Below are positions 8,416 through 18,144 of a stretch of DNA of 64,000 nt, in pieces. Each line of letters starts with the position of its first letter. Position 1 is the first letter of the stretch. The position numbers were made by a program, and so were the translations under genes. The stretch spans positions 128,001 to 192,000 of the forward strand of contig CAVXKA010000003.1 of NCBI GenBank assembly GCA_963762255.1, in the 5' to 3' direction. The notes under the pieces were generated by a model. The model worked only from the letters and a program-made list of their open reading frames with translations. It did not search any database and was not told where the DNA came from. Origin of the DNA: Candidatus Eiseniibacteriota bacterium (GTDB lineage Bacteria; Eisenbacteria; RBG-16-71-46; JABDJR01).

Positions 8416-10926
8416 CTACTGCGTGAGGTACAGCGTCAGCCCGAGAAGAAACGTACGCCCCGGCACGGCAAGGGGGGTGACCGTGTTCGACTCGCGCAGG
8501 TCCGATTCCATGTAGGAGTCGCTCAGGTTCTGGAACGCCAGCGTGAGGGTGCCGTTGTCGATGCGGGCCACCGCCTGAGCGTAGCCGAGCGCGGTGGTGA
8601 CGTAGCGCTCGCCGCCGGGATTGCGGCGCGGGCCGAAGGCGCGCCCACCCGCCGAGGCGTCGAGATCGAGCGAGTCCTTGAACCACTTCCGCCGCCAGTG
8701 CACCGATCCCTCGCCCTGCCACGACGCGAGGTACGGTGCTTCGCTCAGCGGCCGATCGTGGGCCCGGCCCTCTCCGAGGACGAAGACTCCTCGGCCGAGA
8801 TCCACGCGCAGCGACCCGTACGCGCCGAGCACGTCGGCCGCGTCGGGGGGCGCGGTCACCGGAGCGTAAGGGCTCACCCCCGTGATCCAGAGCGGATTCG
8901 CATCGAGCCGCTGGTGGCGCACCCGCGCCGTCCAACCGCCGAACGTGAGTCCCCATCGCCCGCGCGTCCACGCCCCTTCCGCGCGGACCGCGCTGCGGGA
9001 TTCGGGGAACTCCGCGGCCTCGAACCGCTCGAGATGCTTGCGCAACCCGTACTCGAGAATCGCGCGGTCCACACCGAGGACCATCGCGGGGAGATCCTCT
9101 TCGTGGCTGGCCACGATGCGCGCGCGCCAGGCACCCTGCTCCCACGCGAGCGCGGCGGCGCCCGTGGCGGTGCCCCCCCACGGCTCCTGGTGTCCCGCCA
9201 TCGCCTCGGCGGACGCCAGCCACGCCCCCCATCCCCCGCTCCAGAGGAGGCCGGCGGTGAGACCCCTGAACGTGCGGTCGGTTTCCAGCATCTGCCGGCG
9301 CCGGTCGAGATCCCAGCGCGCGCGCGCCATGAGACCGGGCACGCCGGACGCGGCCCAATCGGCCTGGAGCGTGATGCCGTCGAAGAGGACCTCGCCGATG
9401 TCGGAGACGACCTCGCCGTTGCCGGAGGATCCACGGTACACGCTCAGCGCCTGACGGCGTGCCTGCAATGCGAAGCGCGTCTCGCCGCCCAGGAACGGTC
9501 CTCGCAGCGAGGCTTGCGCGCGGCGCACGGAACGCTTGAGCGAGGCGCCGCTGAAGTCGACGGCCTTGTCCGAACCCATCGAGAGATCGAGCGACCAGTC
9601 GGGGCGCCGCCCGGCGCGCGAGTTCACTCGGAGCCAGACGCGGTTGGCGGTGACCTTGTCCAGGTCCACGATACCCAGTTCTTCGCGGTCGCGAAAATCC
9701 ACGCCGACGTCCACCGGGCCGAGGTTGCGGAAGAGCGCGAACTCGTCGCTGCGTCGCCCGAGGCTCCCGCTGGTGAGCGAGATCTGGCTCACGGGGTCGC
9801 CCTCCGCAGGCGGCGGCGCGCTAAGGTCGATCGCCGTGCCCGAGGCCGACGCGCGCTCGCGCCACGTACCGCGCCAGGCCAGCGGAAGATCGGGCGGATC
9901 GGCGAAGGAGTGCACCGGGCCGTTGAGCGGAACGCCGTCGTAGCTCAGTCGAACGCGGTTCCAACCCAACGCCCACCGATCCAGCGCGACCGGGGACGCC
10001 GGCGTGGTCACCCGCGAGATCTCCGACTCGGCTCCCCCGAGGCCCCCAAGCGCACCGGGAAGACCCTCCACCGCAGCGTCCCCGCCGGGATACGCGGTCC
10101 AGAGCGGCCCGGGAACCAGAGCGAGCGGCCGCAGCGGCCGGGCGGGCGCACGCGGCGCGCGAAACGTGTCGGCGGGGGCCGGCTCCGCAGTGCTGTCCGC
10201 CGCCGCAACGCTGTCCGCCGCAGCGGTGTCCGCGGGCGTACCCAGGCTTTCCAGAGGCACCCACACGCTATCCGCCGCCGCGCTCGAGCTGTCCGCCGGC
10301 GATTGCGCGCAGGTCGCCTCCCGCGGCGTCACGCACACGACCCACGCGACGACCAGCGCCGTGCGCGTCCACCATCCCCGGCTTCGCGCCAGCCGCCGCA
10401 ACTGCGAGGCCAGCGCAGGGCCCGCGGTCGCGAAGACGAGCGCGTTCACTCCCATGTCGAGGAGTCCGAACGCCATCCCCGACCAGAAGACCGGCCAGCG
10501 CGCGATCCCCGCTTCCGTGAGCAGGAACGCGAAGACCAAGTTCGTGATCGCCTGGAAGACCGCGGCGAGCGTCAATCCGATCGCCGGAAGCGCGAGAAGC
10601 GCTGTGCGACGAGGCCGCCCGCCGTACAACCACCATCGTCGCCACACGCCGCCGGCCGCTCCGGCGACCGCCATGCCGAGCGCCTGCGCCGCCAGGAGCG
10701 GAATCGGCGAGGGAGGGAAGCCGCGCGCCGCGCTGTTGGCGAACACGTAGAGCGTCATGCCCACCGCACCGACGAGCGCGCCGCGGCCCGCGCCCAGGAC
10801 GATCCCCGCGGAGAAGACGACGAGGGTCACGAGCTCGACATGCGGAACCAGGGACAGGCCGAGGCCGGCCACCACGACGGCAGCGAGGAATGCGGTGAAG
10901 AGAGCGAGTTGTTCGGTTTCGGTCAT
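8416..10926 (-). CDS. ECF-type S-component-like domain fused to a TonB-dependent-receptor-like beta-barrel
   Basis: About 175 very hydrophobic N-terminal residues (PHVELVTLVVFSAGIVLG...GALVG), then a signal-peptide-like stretch, an Ala/Asp linker, a plug-like motif (YDGVPLN) and amphipathic beta-strands ending NLSD...PGRTFLLGLTLYLTQ. Confidence 0.65.
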   Translation of the reverse strand: MTETEQLALFTAFLAAVVVAGLGLSLVPHVELVTLVVFSAGIVLGAGRGALVGAVGMTLYVFANSAARGFPPSPIPLLAAQALGMAVAGAAGGVWRRWWLYGGRPRRTALLALPAIGLTLAAVFQAITNLVFAFLLTEAGIARWPVFWSGMAFGLLDMGVNALVFATAGPALASQLRRLARSRGWWTRTALVVAWVVCVTPREATCAQSPADSSSAAADSVWVPLESLGTPADTAAADSVAAADSTAEPAPADTFRAPRAPARPLRPLALVPGPLWTAYPGGDAAVEGLPGALGGLGGAESEISRVTTPASPVALDRWALGWNRVRLSYDGVPLNGPVHSFADPPDLPLAWRGTWRERASASGTAIDLSAPPPAEGDPVSQISLTSGSLGRRSDEFALFRNLGPVDVGVDFRDREELGIVDLDKVTANRVWLRVNSRAGRRPDWSLDLSMGSDKAVDFSGASLKRSVRRAQASLRGPFLGGETRFALQARRQALSVYRGSSGNGEVVSDIGEVLFDGITLQADWAASGVPGLMARARWDLDRRRQMLETDRTFRGLTAGLLWSGGWGAWLASAEAMAGHQEPWGGTATGAAALAWEQGAWRARIVASHEEDLPAMVLGVDRAILEYGLRKHLERFEAAEFPESRSAVRAEGAWTRGRWGLTFGGWTARVRHQRLDANPLWITGVSPYAPVTAPPDAADVLGAYGSLRVDLGRGVFVLGEGRAHDRPLSEAPYLASWQGEGSVHWRRKWFKDSLDLDASAGGRAFGPRRNPGGERYVTTALGYAQAVARIDNGTLTLAFQNLSDSYMESDLRESNTVTPLAVPGRTFLLGLTLYLTQ

Positions 10927-10990
10927 GCTGGTGGCGCCGGACGGGGGGGACGGCCTTTGAATCGTACGCGGCCGGCCGGAAACCCCTGAC

Positions 10991-11836
10991 TCACCGGCGA
11001 GCGCGGCGCGCGCGCAAGCGCTCGACGGTTTCCGCCGGAACCGGCTCCTGGCCGACCAGGGAGTCGCCGACGCGGGTTCCATGATAGTCGGAACCCCCGG
11101 AGGCGACCAGACCGAGGTCCCGCGCCATGCGCAGATAGGTCGCGCGCTGGTTCAGGTTGTGCTTGGGGTGCCAGACCTCCATCCCGTCCAGACCGGCCGC
11201 AGCCATCTCGGCGATCCACCCGTCATGGCGCAGCGGCCCCGGATGCGCGAGAACGGCGATGCCCCCCGCCTCGTGGATCCAGACGATCGCTTCCGCCGGT
11301 GTCGGGCCGGGCTTGGGCACGAATCCGGGCGTGCCGGGACGCAGGAATCGCCGAAACGCCTCGTCCACGCTCGGCACCACACCCATCTCCACGAGCGCGT
11401 GCGCGACATGCGGGCGCCCCACCGTCCCCTGCCCCGAGAAGCGCGCGACATCGTCTTCACGGATCTCGATACCCAGGATCCGCAGGCGGTCCACCATCGC
11501 CGAGCTGCGCGTGCGTCGGGAGTGGGCCAGGTCGGCGAGATGCCGGTTCAGCTTCTCGTTGCCGGCATCGATGAAGAGGCCGAGGATGTGCACGTCGGAG
11601 GACTCACGCCGCGCCGAGATCTCGACGCCGCACACCGCGAGGAATCCCTCGGCGGCGTCTACGAACTCCTGAAGACCGTCCAGGCAATCGTGGTCGGTGA
11701 GGGCGAAAGCAGAAAGGCCCGCTTTGCGGGCCATCGCGGCGACATCGCGGGGAGCGTGATCGCCGTCGCTGAAGAAGCTGTGGCAGTGCAGGTCGACGCG
11801 CTCGGAACTCGCGGGACTAGGCGACCCCCCGCTCAC
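10991..11836 (-). CDS. PHP-domain phosphoesterase (TrpH/YciV-like)
   Basis: DLHCHSFFSDG, LTDHD, GVEIS, HILG, GRPHVA, LAHP and GGSDYHG motifs. Confidence 0.92.
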   Translation of the reverse strand: MSGGSPSPASSERVDLHCHSFFSDGDHAPRDVAAMARKAGLSAFALTDHDCLDGLQEFVDAAEGFLAVCGVEISARRESSDVHILGLFIDAGNEKLNRHLADLAHSRRTRSSAMVDRLRILGIEIREDDVARFSGQGTVGRPHVAHALVEMGVVPSVDEAFRRFLRPGTPGFVPKPGPTPAEAIVWIHEAGGIAVLAHPGPLRHDGWIAEMAAAGLDGMEVWHPKHNLNQRATYLRMARDLGLVASGGSDYHGTRVGDSLVGQEPVPAETVERLRARRARR

Positions 11837-13703
11837 GACGATCTTCCAGACGCTCGAGACGCTCCACGGCCTCGTCGAGATTCTCGTCCAGCTCGAGCGC
11901 GCGATAGTACGCTTCTTCCGCTTGGTCCCATGCCCCCATGCCTTCGTAGACTCGGCCCATCTGCACGTGTATCCGGGCCGTGCCGTCTCCGTCCGCGCCG
12001 TCGAGGATTTCGCTCAGAACTCGGAGCGATTCTTCGGGCCGTTCCAGAAGAAGATAGCATTCGCCGAGCATCTCGAGCGAGCGCGAACGGTCCGTCTCCG
12101 CCGCCGCCGCCTGCTCGAGCTCCGAGACCGCCTCCGGAAGAAGGCCCATTTCCTTGTAGGTCAGGCCGAGATCGAAGTGGCTCTCGCCGTCGCCCACCTC
12201 GATCTGATCGGTCATCGCCGTCTTGAACTCGTCCAGAATTCGGGAGAGATCGAAGGCGCTCTGCGTCCCGGTGGGCTCGTCCTTGACCGTGACCTGCGCG
12301 CCCCGCACCTCACCGGCGTCGGGGACCAGCTCACCGAAGTTCGCATCGTTCACCCCGGCGATGGTGTTGAGGCGGTTCACCCGGGCGCGGGCCTTGACAT
12401 TGTCCGCATCGAAGGCGAGCACGCGCTCGAACTGGACCTTGGCGTCGGCGTACATCTCGCGGGCCAGAAGCACGTCGCCGAGTTCGGTACCCCAGTGCGC
12501 CATCTTGCCGCGCTCGCCGTTGATGTAGGCCAGCTCGACCAGGCCGCGCAGCGCGTCGAGGTGGTTGGGATCGAGGTGCATGACCTTGCGGTAGAGTTCC
12601 TCGGCTTCCCGGCTCCGCCCTCCCTGGAAGTAGGCCCTGGCCGCGCGGACGAGTTCGCGCTGGGCGCGGGCGATGTCGCCCTTCTCCAGGAACTCCATGG
12701 CGCGCGTGCGCAAGCTCTCCGGGTCGTCGTCGTGTTCGAGAACGATCTCCACGTCCTCGGCGGGTGGTTCCCCGGATTCCGAGAAGGCCGCCTCCGGCGA
12801 GGCGTACTCCTCGATGAATGCGTCGGCGAACCCGTCCGTCTCGACCGTGACTTCCGGCTCCTCGGCTGGAGCCAACTCGGGGGCCGGCTCCACAACACCC
12901 TCACCCGGTTCATCCAGTTCGTTCGCCGTTGCCGGCGAAGACGACTCGAGAAGCACCGAGTGGAGGGCGTCGAACGTGAACCCTTCGAGCGAAAGAACCG
13001 CCGGCTCTTCAGAAGTCCCCTCGGCGAGGTCCACCGCGCTCGGATCGAAGAGCGCCGTGGACGGCGTCGCGGGATGCGAGGAAGGCGCTTCCCGGAACGC
13101 GCCGTTCGGGTGCAGCTCCTTGGCGAGACCCTGCAGTTTCGTATGGTTCTCGGTATCGCCGCGCGCCAGCGCGCGCTGGGCCTGACCGAGAATGCCGCCG
13201 GCAACCGCCTCGCCGAAACCCGCGTCGCGCGCGATCATCGCGATACGTTCAACCATGCTGACCGAAGGGAGTTCGATCTCGAGGAGTTGCTCGCACACAT
13301 GCTGCAACTCGTCCTGGACGCCTTCGGCCTCGCGGTCGACGCGATCCAGGTACTCGGTGTAGTACCGGCACGCCTCCCCTTCGAGGCCCTCGGCGAGGTA
13401 GAGATCTCCCAGACGGCGATGCACGAAATAGAGCTTGGGGGCCAGACGGTGGACCTTCTTGGCCAGCGCGATGGCGTTGCGGCTGAGGCCCGCTTCGGCA
13501 TACGAATTCAACGCTTCGCGATAGCGCTCGACGGCTTCGACGCGCTTCCCGCAGCGGATCAGCAGATCGCCGAGGACCACGTAATCGTAGGACTGCAAAT
13601 CGCCGGCGCCCGCCAACTTCTCATAGATGGCGGTGGCGTCGGCATATGCGCCCTTCTTGATCAGGTCCTGGGCTTTGCGCTTGATGCTGGCATTCTGATC
13701 CAA
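11817..13703 (-). CDS. TPR-repeat protein with an acidic linker
   Basis: Helical TPR blocks at both ends, an E/A/P-rich linker and a C-terminal SHFDLGLTYKEMGL motif. The TTG start is inferred from an RBS. Confidence 0.8.
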   Translation of the reverse strand: MDQNASIKRKAQDLIKKGAYADATAIYEKLAGAGDLQSYDYVVLGDLLIRCGKRVEAVERYREALNSYAEAGLSRNAIALAKKVHRLAPKLYFVHRRLGDLYLAEGLEGEACRYYTEYLDRVDREAEGVQDELQHVCEQLLEIELPSVSMVERIAMIARDAGFGEAVAGGILGQAQRALARGDTENHTKLQGLAKELHPNGAFREAPSSHPATPSTALFDPSAVDLAEGTSEEPAVLSLEGFTFDALHSVLLESSSPATANELDEPGEGVVEPAPELAPAEEPEVTVETDGFADAFIEEYASPEAAFSESGEPPAEDVEIVLEHDDDPESLRTRAMEFLEKGDIARAQRELVRAARAYFQGGRSREAEELYRKVMHLDPNHLDALRGLVELAYINGERGKMAHWGTELGDVLLAREMYADAKVQFERVLAFDADNVKARARVNRLNTIAGVNDANFGELVPDAGEVRGAQVTVKDEPTGTQSAFDLSRILDEFKTAMTDQIEVGDGESHFDLGLTYKEMGLLPEAVSELEQAAAAETDRSRSLEMLGECYLLLERPEESLRVLSEILDGADGDGTARIHVQMGRVYEGMGAWDQAEEAYYRALELDENLDEAVERLERLEDRRERGVA

Positions 13704-13889
13704 CGAGCTGCCCCCTCTCCCACTGCCGCCATCCCGAGATCGGCGGACGACAAACGGTGTTAACGGGTGGGCGCACCGGTGCGCGTCCACTCGTCCTCCA
13801 TGGTTATCGTCGCGGGGATGGGGAACGTTACCCCGAAGTGGGAAGAAATCCGTCCAGGGCCGGGGCGTGGTCGAGGGGCAGCTCCTGGC

Positions 13890-15152
13890 CTAGTCGAGGG
13901 GCGCGCCGAGGACCTGCCGCCCACCCCGGAACACCGCCCGAACATGCGACACGCCAAAGTGATACGGAAGCTGGCGAGCGGCCGGGAGATCCAGCACTTG
14001 CAGGTCGGCCCGGTACCCTGGACGCAGCCGCCCGACGCGGTCGCCCAGCGCGAGCGCCGCGGCCCCGTTGGCGCTACAGGCGACCAGCGCTTCCTCCGGG
14101 GTCAGGCGCAGTTGCACACAGGCCAGAGTCGCCATCATCGGCATGGACTGCGACATGCACGATCCGGGGTTGAAGTCGGAGGCGACCGCGACCGGGAGCC
14201 CGACGTCGATCATGCCTCGCGCCGGCGCCTTGTCGCGCATGTTGAGGAAGAAGGACGTTCCGGGCAGGAGCACGCCGATGGTCCCCGCATGAGCCATGGC
14301 GCGTGCAACGTCCGGAGGCGTGCCATGGAGATGGTCTGCGGAGACGGCGTGCAGCTCGGCCGCGAGCCGCGAGCCGCCGGTGTCGCCGAACTCGTCGGCG
14401 TGGAGTTTGAGTTGGAGGCCGTGGGCACGCGCGGCGTTCAAGATCGTGCGGCTTTCCTCCGGGGTGAAGACTCCCTCTTCACAGAAGACGTCGCAGAAGA
14501 CGGCAAGCCCCTCGCGCGCGACGGCGGGGATCATGGTCTCGCAGACGAGCTTCACGTACCCTGCGCGGTCGTGCTGCCATTCCATGGGGATTTCGTGCGC
14601 ACCGAGAAAGGTGGGGATGATATCGATGGCTTCGGTGTCGCGAAGCGTGCGGATGAGGCGGAGCGCTCGAAGTTCGTCGTCGGTGGAGAGCCCGTAGCCG
14701 CTCTTGATCTCGATCGTCGTGGTGCCGTGTTGGAGCGCGAGCGCCAGGTTGTGCCGTGCGCGCAGAAGGATGGCTCCATCCGAAGTCTCGCGGAAGTGGC
14801 GTACGCTGGCGTGGATGCCGCCGCCCGCTGCGGCGATCTCCTGATAGGTCCTGCCTTGTATGCGCAGCGCGAACTCGTCCTCGCGGGTGCCGGCGAAGAG
14901 GAGATGCGTGTGGGCATCCACCCAGCCGGGGAGCACGGTGCGGCCGCGCGCATCGAGGATCTGTTTCGCTCTGTTGCCGTGTGCGCCCTCAACCTCTTCG
15001 CGAGGACCGGCCGCAATGACCTGGCCGTTCTCGATGGCCAGCGCGGCATTCTTGACGGAGCCGGTGTCGCCCTGTGTCGCGCCCGCCTGCGGGCCGGGCT
15101 TGTCGCTCATGCGGCAGAGCTCGCCGATGTTGGTGAGGAGGAGATCTGTCAT
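13890..15152 (-). CDS. hutI: Imidazolonepropionase
   Basis: PGWVDAHTH, GGGIHASV, EIKSGYGL, DVFCE, KLHADE, SADHL and SDFNPGS motifs. Confidence 0.96.
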   Translation of the reverse strand: MTDLLLTNIGELCRMSDKPGPQAGATQGDTGSVKNAALAIENGQVIAAGPREEVEGAHGNRAKQILDARGRTVLPGWVDAHTHLLFAGTREDEFALRIQGRTYQEIAAAGGGIHASVRHFRETSDGAILLRARHNLALALQHGTTTIEIKSGYGLSTDDELRALRLIRTLRDTEAIDIIPTFLGAHEIPMEWQHDRAGYVKLVCETMIPAVAREGLAVFCDVFCEEGVFTPEESRTILNAARAHGLQLKLHADEFGDTGGSRLAAELHAVSADHLHGTPPDVARAMAHAGTIGVLLPGTSFFLNMRDKAPARGMIDVGLPVAVASDFNPGSCMSQSMPMMATLACVQLRLTPEEALVACSANGAAALALGDRVGRLRPGYRADLQVLDLPAARQLPYHFGVSHVRAVFRGGRQVLGAPLD

Positions 15153-15510
15153 GTCAGTGGTCCTCGCTGTTCCGTGTCACTCGTGCGGGCGCGGCGTAGC
15201 CGGATCGCCCCGCGAACGACGAAGCGTCTCTGAGCCGCGGCGGGAGCGACGCGGCGCCGTCGTACTGTTTCTGGGCGGCTCGACAACTAGGCGGTAGGTC
15301 GGTGTCGTTTACCCGGGGAAAGTGCGCAGCGAAGCGGGGACCCGCCGCGGCGAAGGAGCGAGCGAAGAACGCTCCTGCGGAGCGTTCGCGCGAGCGCGCC
15401 CGAGGAGTGCGCGGGGCGAGACGACGAGAGCCGCGCCCGCGAGCGCCACGATCCGCGAGCGCATAGAAGTACAGGCAGGCAAACCAGTGCGTGTTAACCG
15501 CAAACAGCAG

Positions 15511-15532
15511 CGAGTCCAGCCGGCTGGACTCG
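15511..15532. repeat. 22-bp perfect palindrome CGAGTCCAGCCGGCTGGACTCG
   Basis: The sequence is self-complementary and ends 11 bp before palindrome copy 1. Confidence 0.85.
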
Positions 15533-15543
15533 AATGGCGACTG

Positions 15544-15563
15544 ATGCTCACCCGGGTGAGCAT
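15544..15563. repeat. Palindromic repeat copy 1 (ATGCTCACCCGGGTGAGCAT)
   Basis: Perfect 20-bp palindrome, 9 bp beyond the stop codon of the 15573-18140 gene. Confidence 0.93.
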
Positions 15564-15572
15564 GGCTGCGCA

Positions 15573-18140
15573 TCACCGCGGCAACACCACGATCTTGCGC
15601 GACGCATGTCCGGCCTCGGTATCCAGCCGCAGGAAGTACACACCCGCCGGCACCCGTCTCCCGCGCTCGTCCATCAGATCCCAGGTCATCGTGTGGGCCC
15701 CGCCGACCTGCGGTTCCGCATACAGGAGCGCAATGTGACGCCCCTGCACGTCGGCTACGCGCAGCACCGCAAGACCCGGCTCCGGAGCGAACCAGTCTAT
15801 GGCCACCGGTCCGGCCGCGGGCATGGGAGCGACGCCGAGCGAAGGGCCCCCGGCCTTCGCGGCAGGGTAGGCGTGCCCGTCCCACCGCGCGATGAACGCG
15901 GATGGGTGATTCCCCGCGTAGTCGAAGGTCCCACCCAGGTACAGGGAGCCCTGCCATTCCGCGATAGCCGTGACTCCAACCCAGCGCATCGACACCGTCC
16001 GTACGTCTCCGCCCAATCCCAACCATCGCGTTCCGTCCCACAGAGCGACATGGCGGACCGAGTCTGGAGCGTCCGGCCAGAGCAACTCGCCCCCCACCAC
16101 CAGCCTCCCATCGTAGATGCCCAGCTTGTAGACATCGGAACGGTCCGTCAGCCCCAGGGATTGCCAGTTCAGCGCATCCCATGCGACCAGAGCGCCTGCC
16201 GTTTCTCCCCCCGCTGTTTCGAAGTGAGGGCCCGCCGCGTATAGCCTTCCGTTCAGCACGGCGATATCGTTCACCCGGATGCGGCTCCAATTCACGGTCA
16301 AGCCCTGATCGATGGACAACCAGTCCCAACCGTCCCAGATGGCGAGGCTGTTGACCCCTCGATACCCGGCAAAGGTGAAATAGCCGGAGACGATCAGAGC
16401 CGGCCCGACCGCCTTCATGGCAGTGGCCGACGAGTAGCTGCCGAGAAGACCCCGGCCGAGCGGAGTCCATGTCACCCCGTCCCAGGCGGCGATGCCGTAG
16501 GCCGAAATGCCCCCGGCGGACCGGAACGATCCTCCGGCTATGAGTTGCCCCTGGTACTCCACCAGCGCGTACACAGCTCCGTCCATGCCGCCGCCGAACG
16601 GCTCCCAGCTACTTCCGTCCCATGCGGCGATGTGATTCGCCTCAATCCCCCCGATGTGCTGGAAGGAACCACCGACGATCCAGGTGCCGTTGAAGGGCAT
16701 GAGGACTTGTATCGGACCGTCCATGTCGTCCTCGAGAAGGGTCCACACCGTTCCATCCCAGCGCGCCAGCCCGGTGATCCGGGTCCATTGCCCGGCGGGT
16801 CGGAAGGTGCCGGCGACAAGCAGGCCCGAGTCCGTGGGGAATATCCCGCTGGGCGAGTACACCAGTTCCGGCCCGCGCTCTCCCAGCGGGGCCCAGTCCG
16901 TTCCGCTCCACTTCAGCACTCGACCGGGCTGGGATTCGACCGGACTCAACGTGGGTCCCGGCAACGAGAAGCTGCCGCCGATCACCAACTCGCCGCGGTA
17001 GAGGGCAACCGCTTCGATCTTCCGGTTGAAGGCGGTGCAGGTCTGCTCGTTGCCGGGGCAGTTCCACCGCGCACCGTCCCATATAGCAGCACCCGGGGCG
17101 AAGGTCTCCATCTCCGGCACGAACGAAGCGCCAGCCACAGCGAGCCTCCCATCGAAGGGGACGAGATGACCCACCCAGTAGTCGGGAACCAGGCGCTCGT
17201 CCGCAGACCCCAACGCGCTCCAGGTCTCCCCGCTCCACGTAGCAACGTTCCTGACCGCGGCACCCCCCGCCTGCGCGAAGTTACCCGCGGCCACCAAGTG
17301 CCCCTGGTATGCCGCGAGATCGCGCACCTCGCCGTCGGTGCCGCCGGCCGGCGCCGACCAGTGCTCGTCGTCCCAACGCGCGATGTTGCCGAGCGTATCG
17401 TCGGGCGCTAGACGAAACCGCCCACCCATCCAGAGGTCCCCGTCGCGCCATTCAAGAGCGCGAATGGACGGAGAGAACTCGTAGAGCGTGTCGGGGGTGA
17501 GATCGCTCCAGCCGGTCCCGTCCCAGAGCAGCACGAACGGCGTATCCGGATCCGCCCCGTAGAACGGGAAGGGGTCGAATCGCTGGCCGCAGACGAAAAG
17601 GCTGTCCCCCACCGAGACGATGTCGTTCACCGTGGCGTTCCCCGACAGCAGATCGGCGCCCAACGGTTCCCACTCCGCGCCGGTCCATTGGTGGAGTGCG
17701 CTGGGCAGCCTCGGGTCCAGCAGGCGCGGGTTGGATTCGGGCCTTCCGCGCGCGGCGAGCAGGCGACCCTGATGCGCTGACATCAGTGTCGGAAACCCGG
17801 AGACAGGCAATCCCTGCGGCCAGGCCTCGTACCCCGCTCCGTCCCAGACGGCCAGCCCGGGTGCGGCCACGCCGTTGATGAAACCGAACGCCCCCGCCAC
17901 AAGAAGCTTCCCGTCGAATTCGAGCAGGGAAGAGATCGTCGGGCCGGATCCGCTGCCGGAGGTGGGCAACGCGGCAGGAGGGTAGAACCCGTCCCACCAG
18001 AGTTCACCGCCGCCGAGCGTGGTGTCGGGCGACCCGGGGAGCGCAGCCGCGTTGGACGGCAGCAAGAGCGCAGCGAGAAGCGCCGCGACGCCGGCCGCAA
18101 TGCTCACCCGGGTGAGCATTCGCCGCGCCTCGGTCCGCAT
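15573..18140 (-). CDS. Secreted beta-propeller repeat protein with a FlgD-Ig/T9SS-like C-terminal domain
   Basis: Signal peptide, then many repeats of the form IARWDG..W..LG.G...V.AL...G.L.AGG.F, and a C-terminus VADVQGR...WDLMDERGRRVPAGVYFLRL...RKIVVLPR. Confidence 0.82.
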   Translation of the reverse strand: MRTEARRMLTRVSIAAGVAALLAALLLPSNAAALPGSPDTTLGGGELWWDGFYPPAALPTSGSGSGPTISSLLEFDGKLLVAGAFGFINGVAAPGLAVWDGAGYEAWPQGLPVSGFPTLMSAHQGRLLAARGRPESNPRLLDPRLPSALHQWTGAEWEPLGADLLSGNATVNDIVSVGDSLFVCGQRFDPFPFYGADPDTPFVLLWDGTGWSDLTPDTLYEFSPSIRALEWRDGDLWMGGRFRLAPDDTLGNIARWDDEHWSAPAGGTDGEVRDLAAYQGHLVAAGNFAQAGGAAVRNVATWSGETWSALGSADERLVPDYWVGHLVPFDGRLAVAGASFVPEMETFAPGAAIWDGARWNCPGNEQTCTAFNRKIEAVALYRGELVIGGSFSLPGPTLSPVESQPGRVLKWSGTDWAPLGERGPELVYSPSGIFPTDSGLLVAGTFRPAGQWTRITGLARWDGTVWTLLEDDMDGPIQVLMPFNGTWIVGGSFQHIGGIEANHIAAWDGSSWEPFGGGMDGAVYALVEYQGQLIAGGSFRSAGGISAYGIAAWDGVTWTPLGRGLLGSYSSATAMKAVGPALIVSGYFTFAGYRGVNSLAIWDGWDWLSIDQGLTVNWSRIRVNDIAVLNGRLYAAGPHFETAGGETAGALVAWDALNWQSLGLTDRSDVYKLGIYDGRLVVGGELLWPDAPDSVRHVALWDGTRWLGLGGDVRTVSMRWVGVTAIAEWQGSLYLGGTFDYAGNHPSAFIARWDGHAYPAAKAGGPSLGVAPMPAAGPVAIDWFAPEPGLAVLRVADVQGRHIALLYAEPQVGGAHTMTWDLMDERGRRVPAGVYFLRLDTEAGHASRKIVVLPR
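18099..18120. repeat. Palindromic repeat copy 2 (AATGCTCACCCGGGTGAGCATT)
   Basis: Perfect 22-bp palindrome with a 20-bp core identical to copy 1. It encodes MLTRVSI at the start of the signal peptide. Confidence 0.93.
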
Positions 18141-18144
18141 GCTC

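Noticed and set aside
15154-16470. 438-aa and 84-aa minus-strand ORFs crossing the region upstream of hutI
   Set aside because: Arg/Gly/Ala-rich with no recognisable motifs; the longer one overlaps the propeller gene out of frame.
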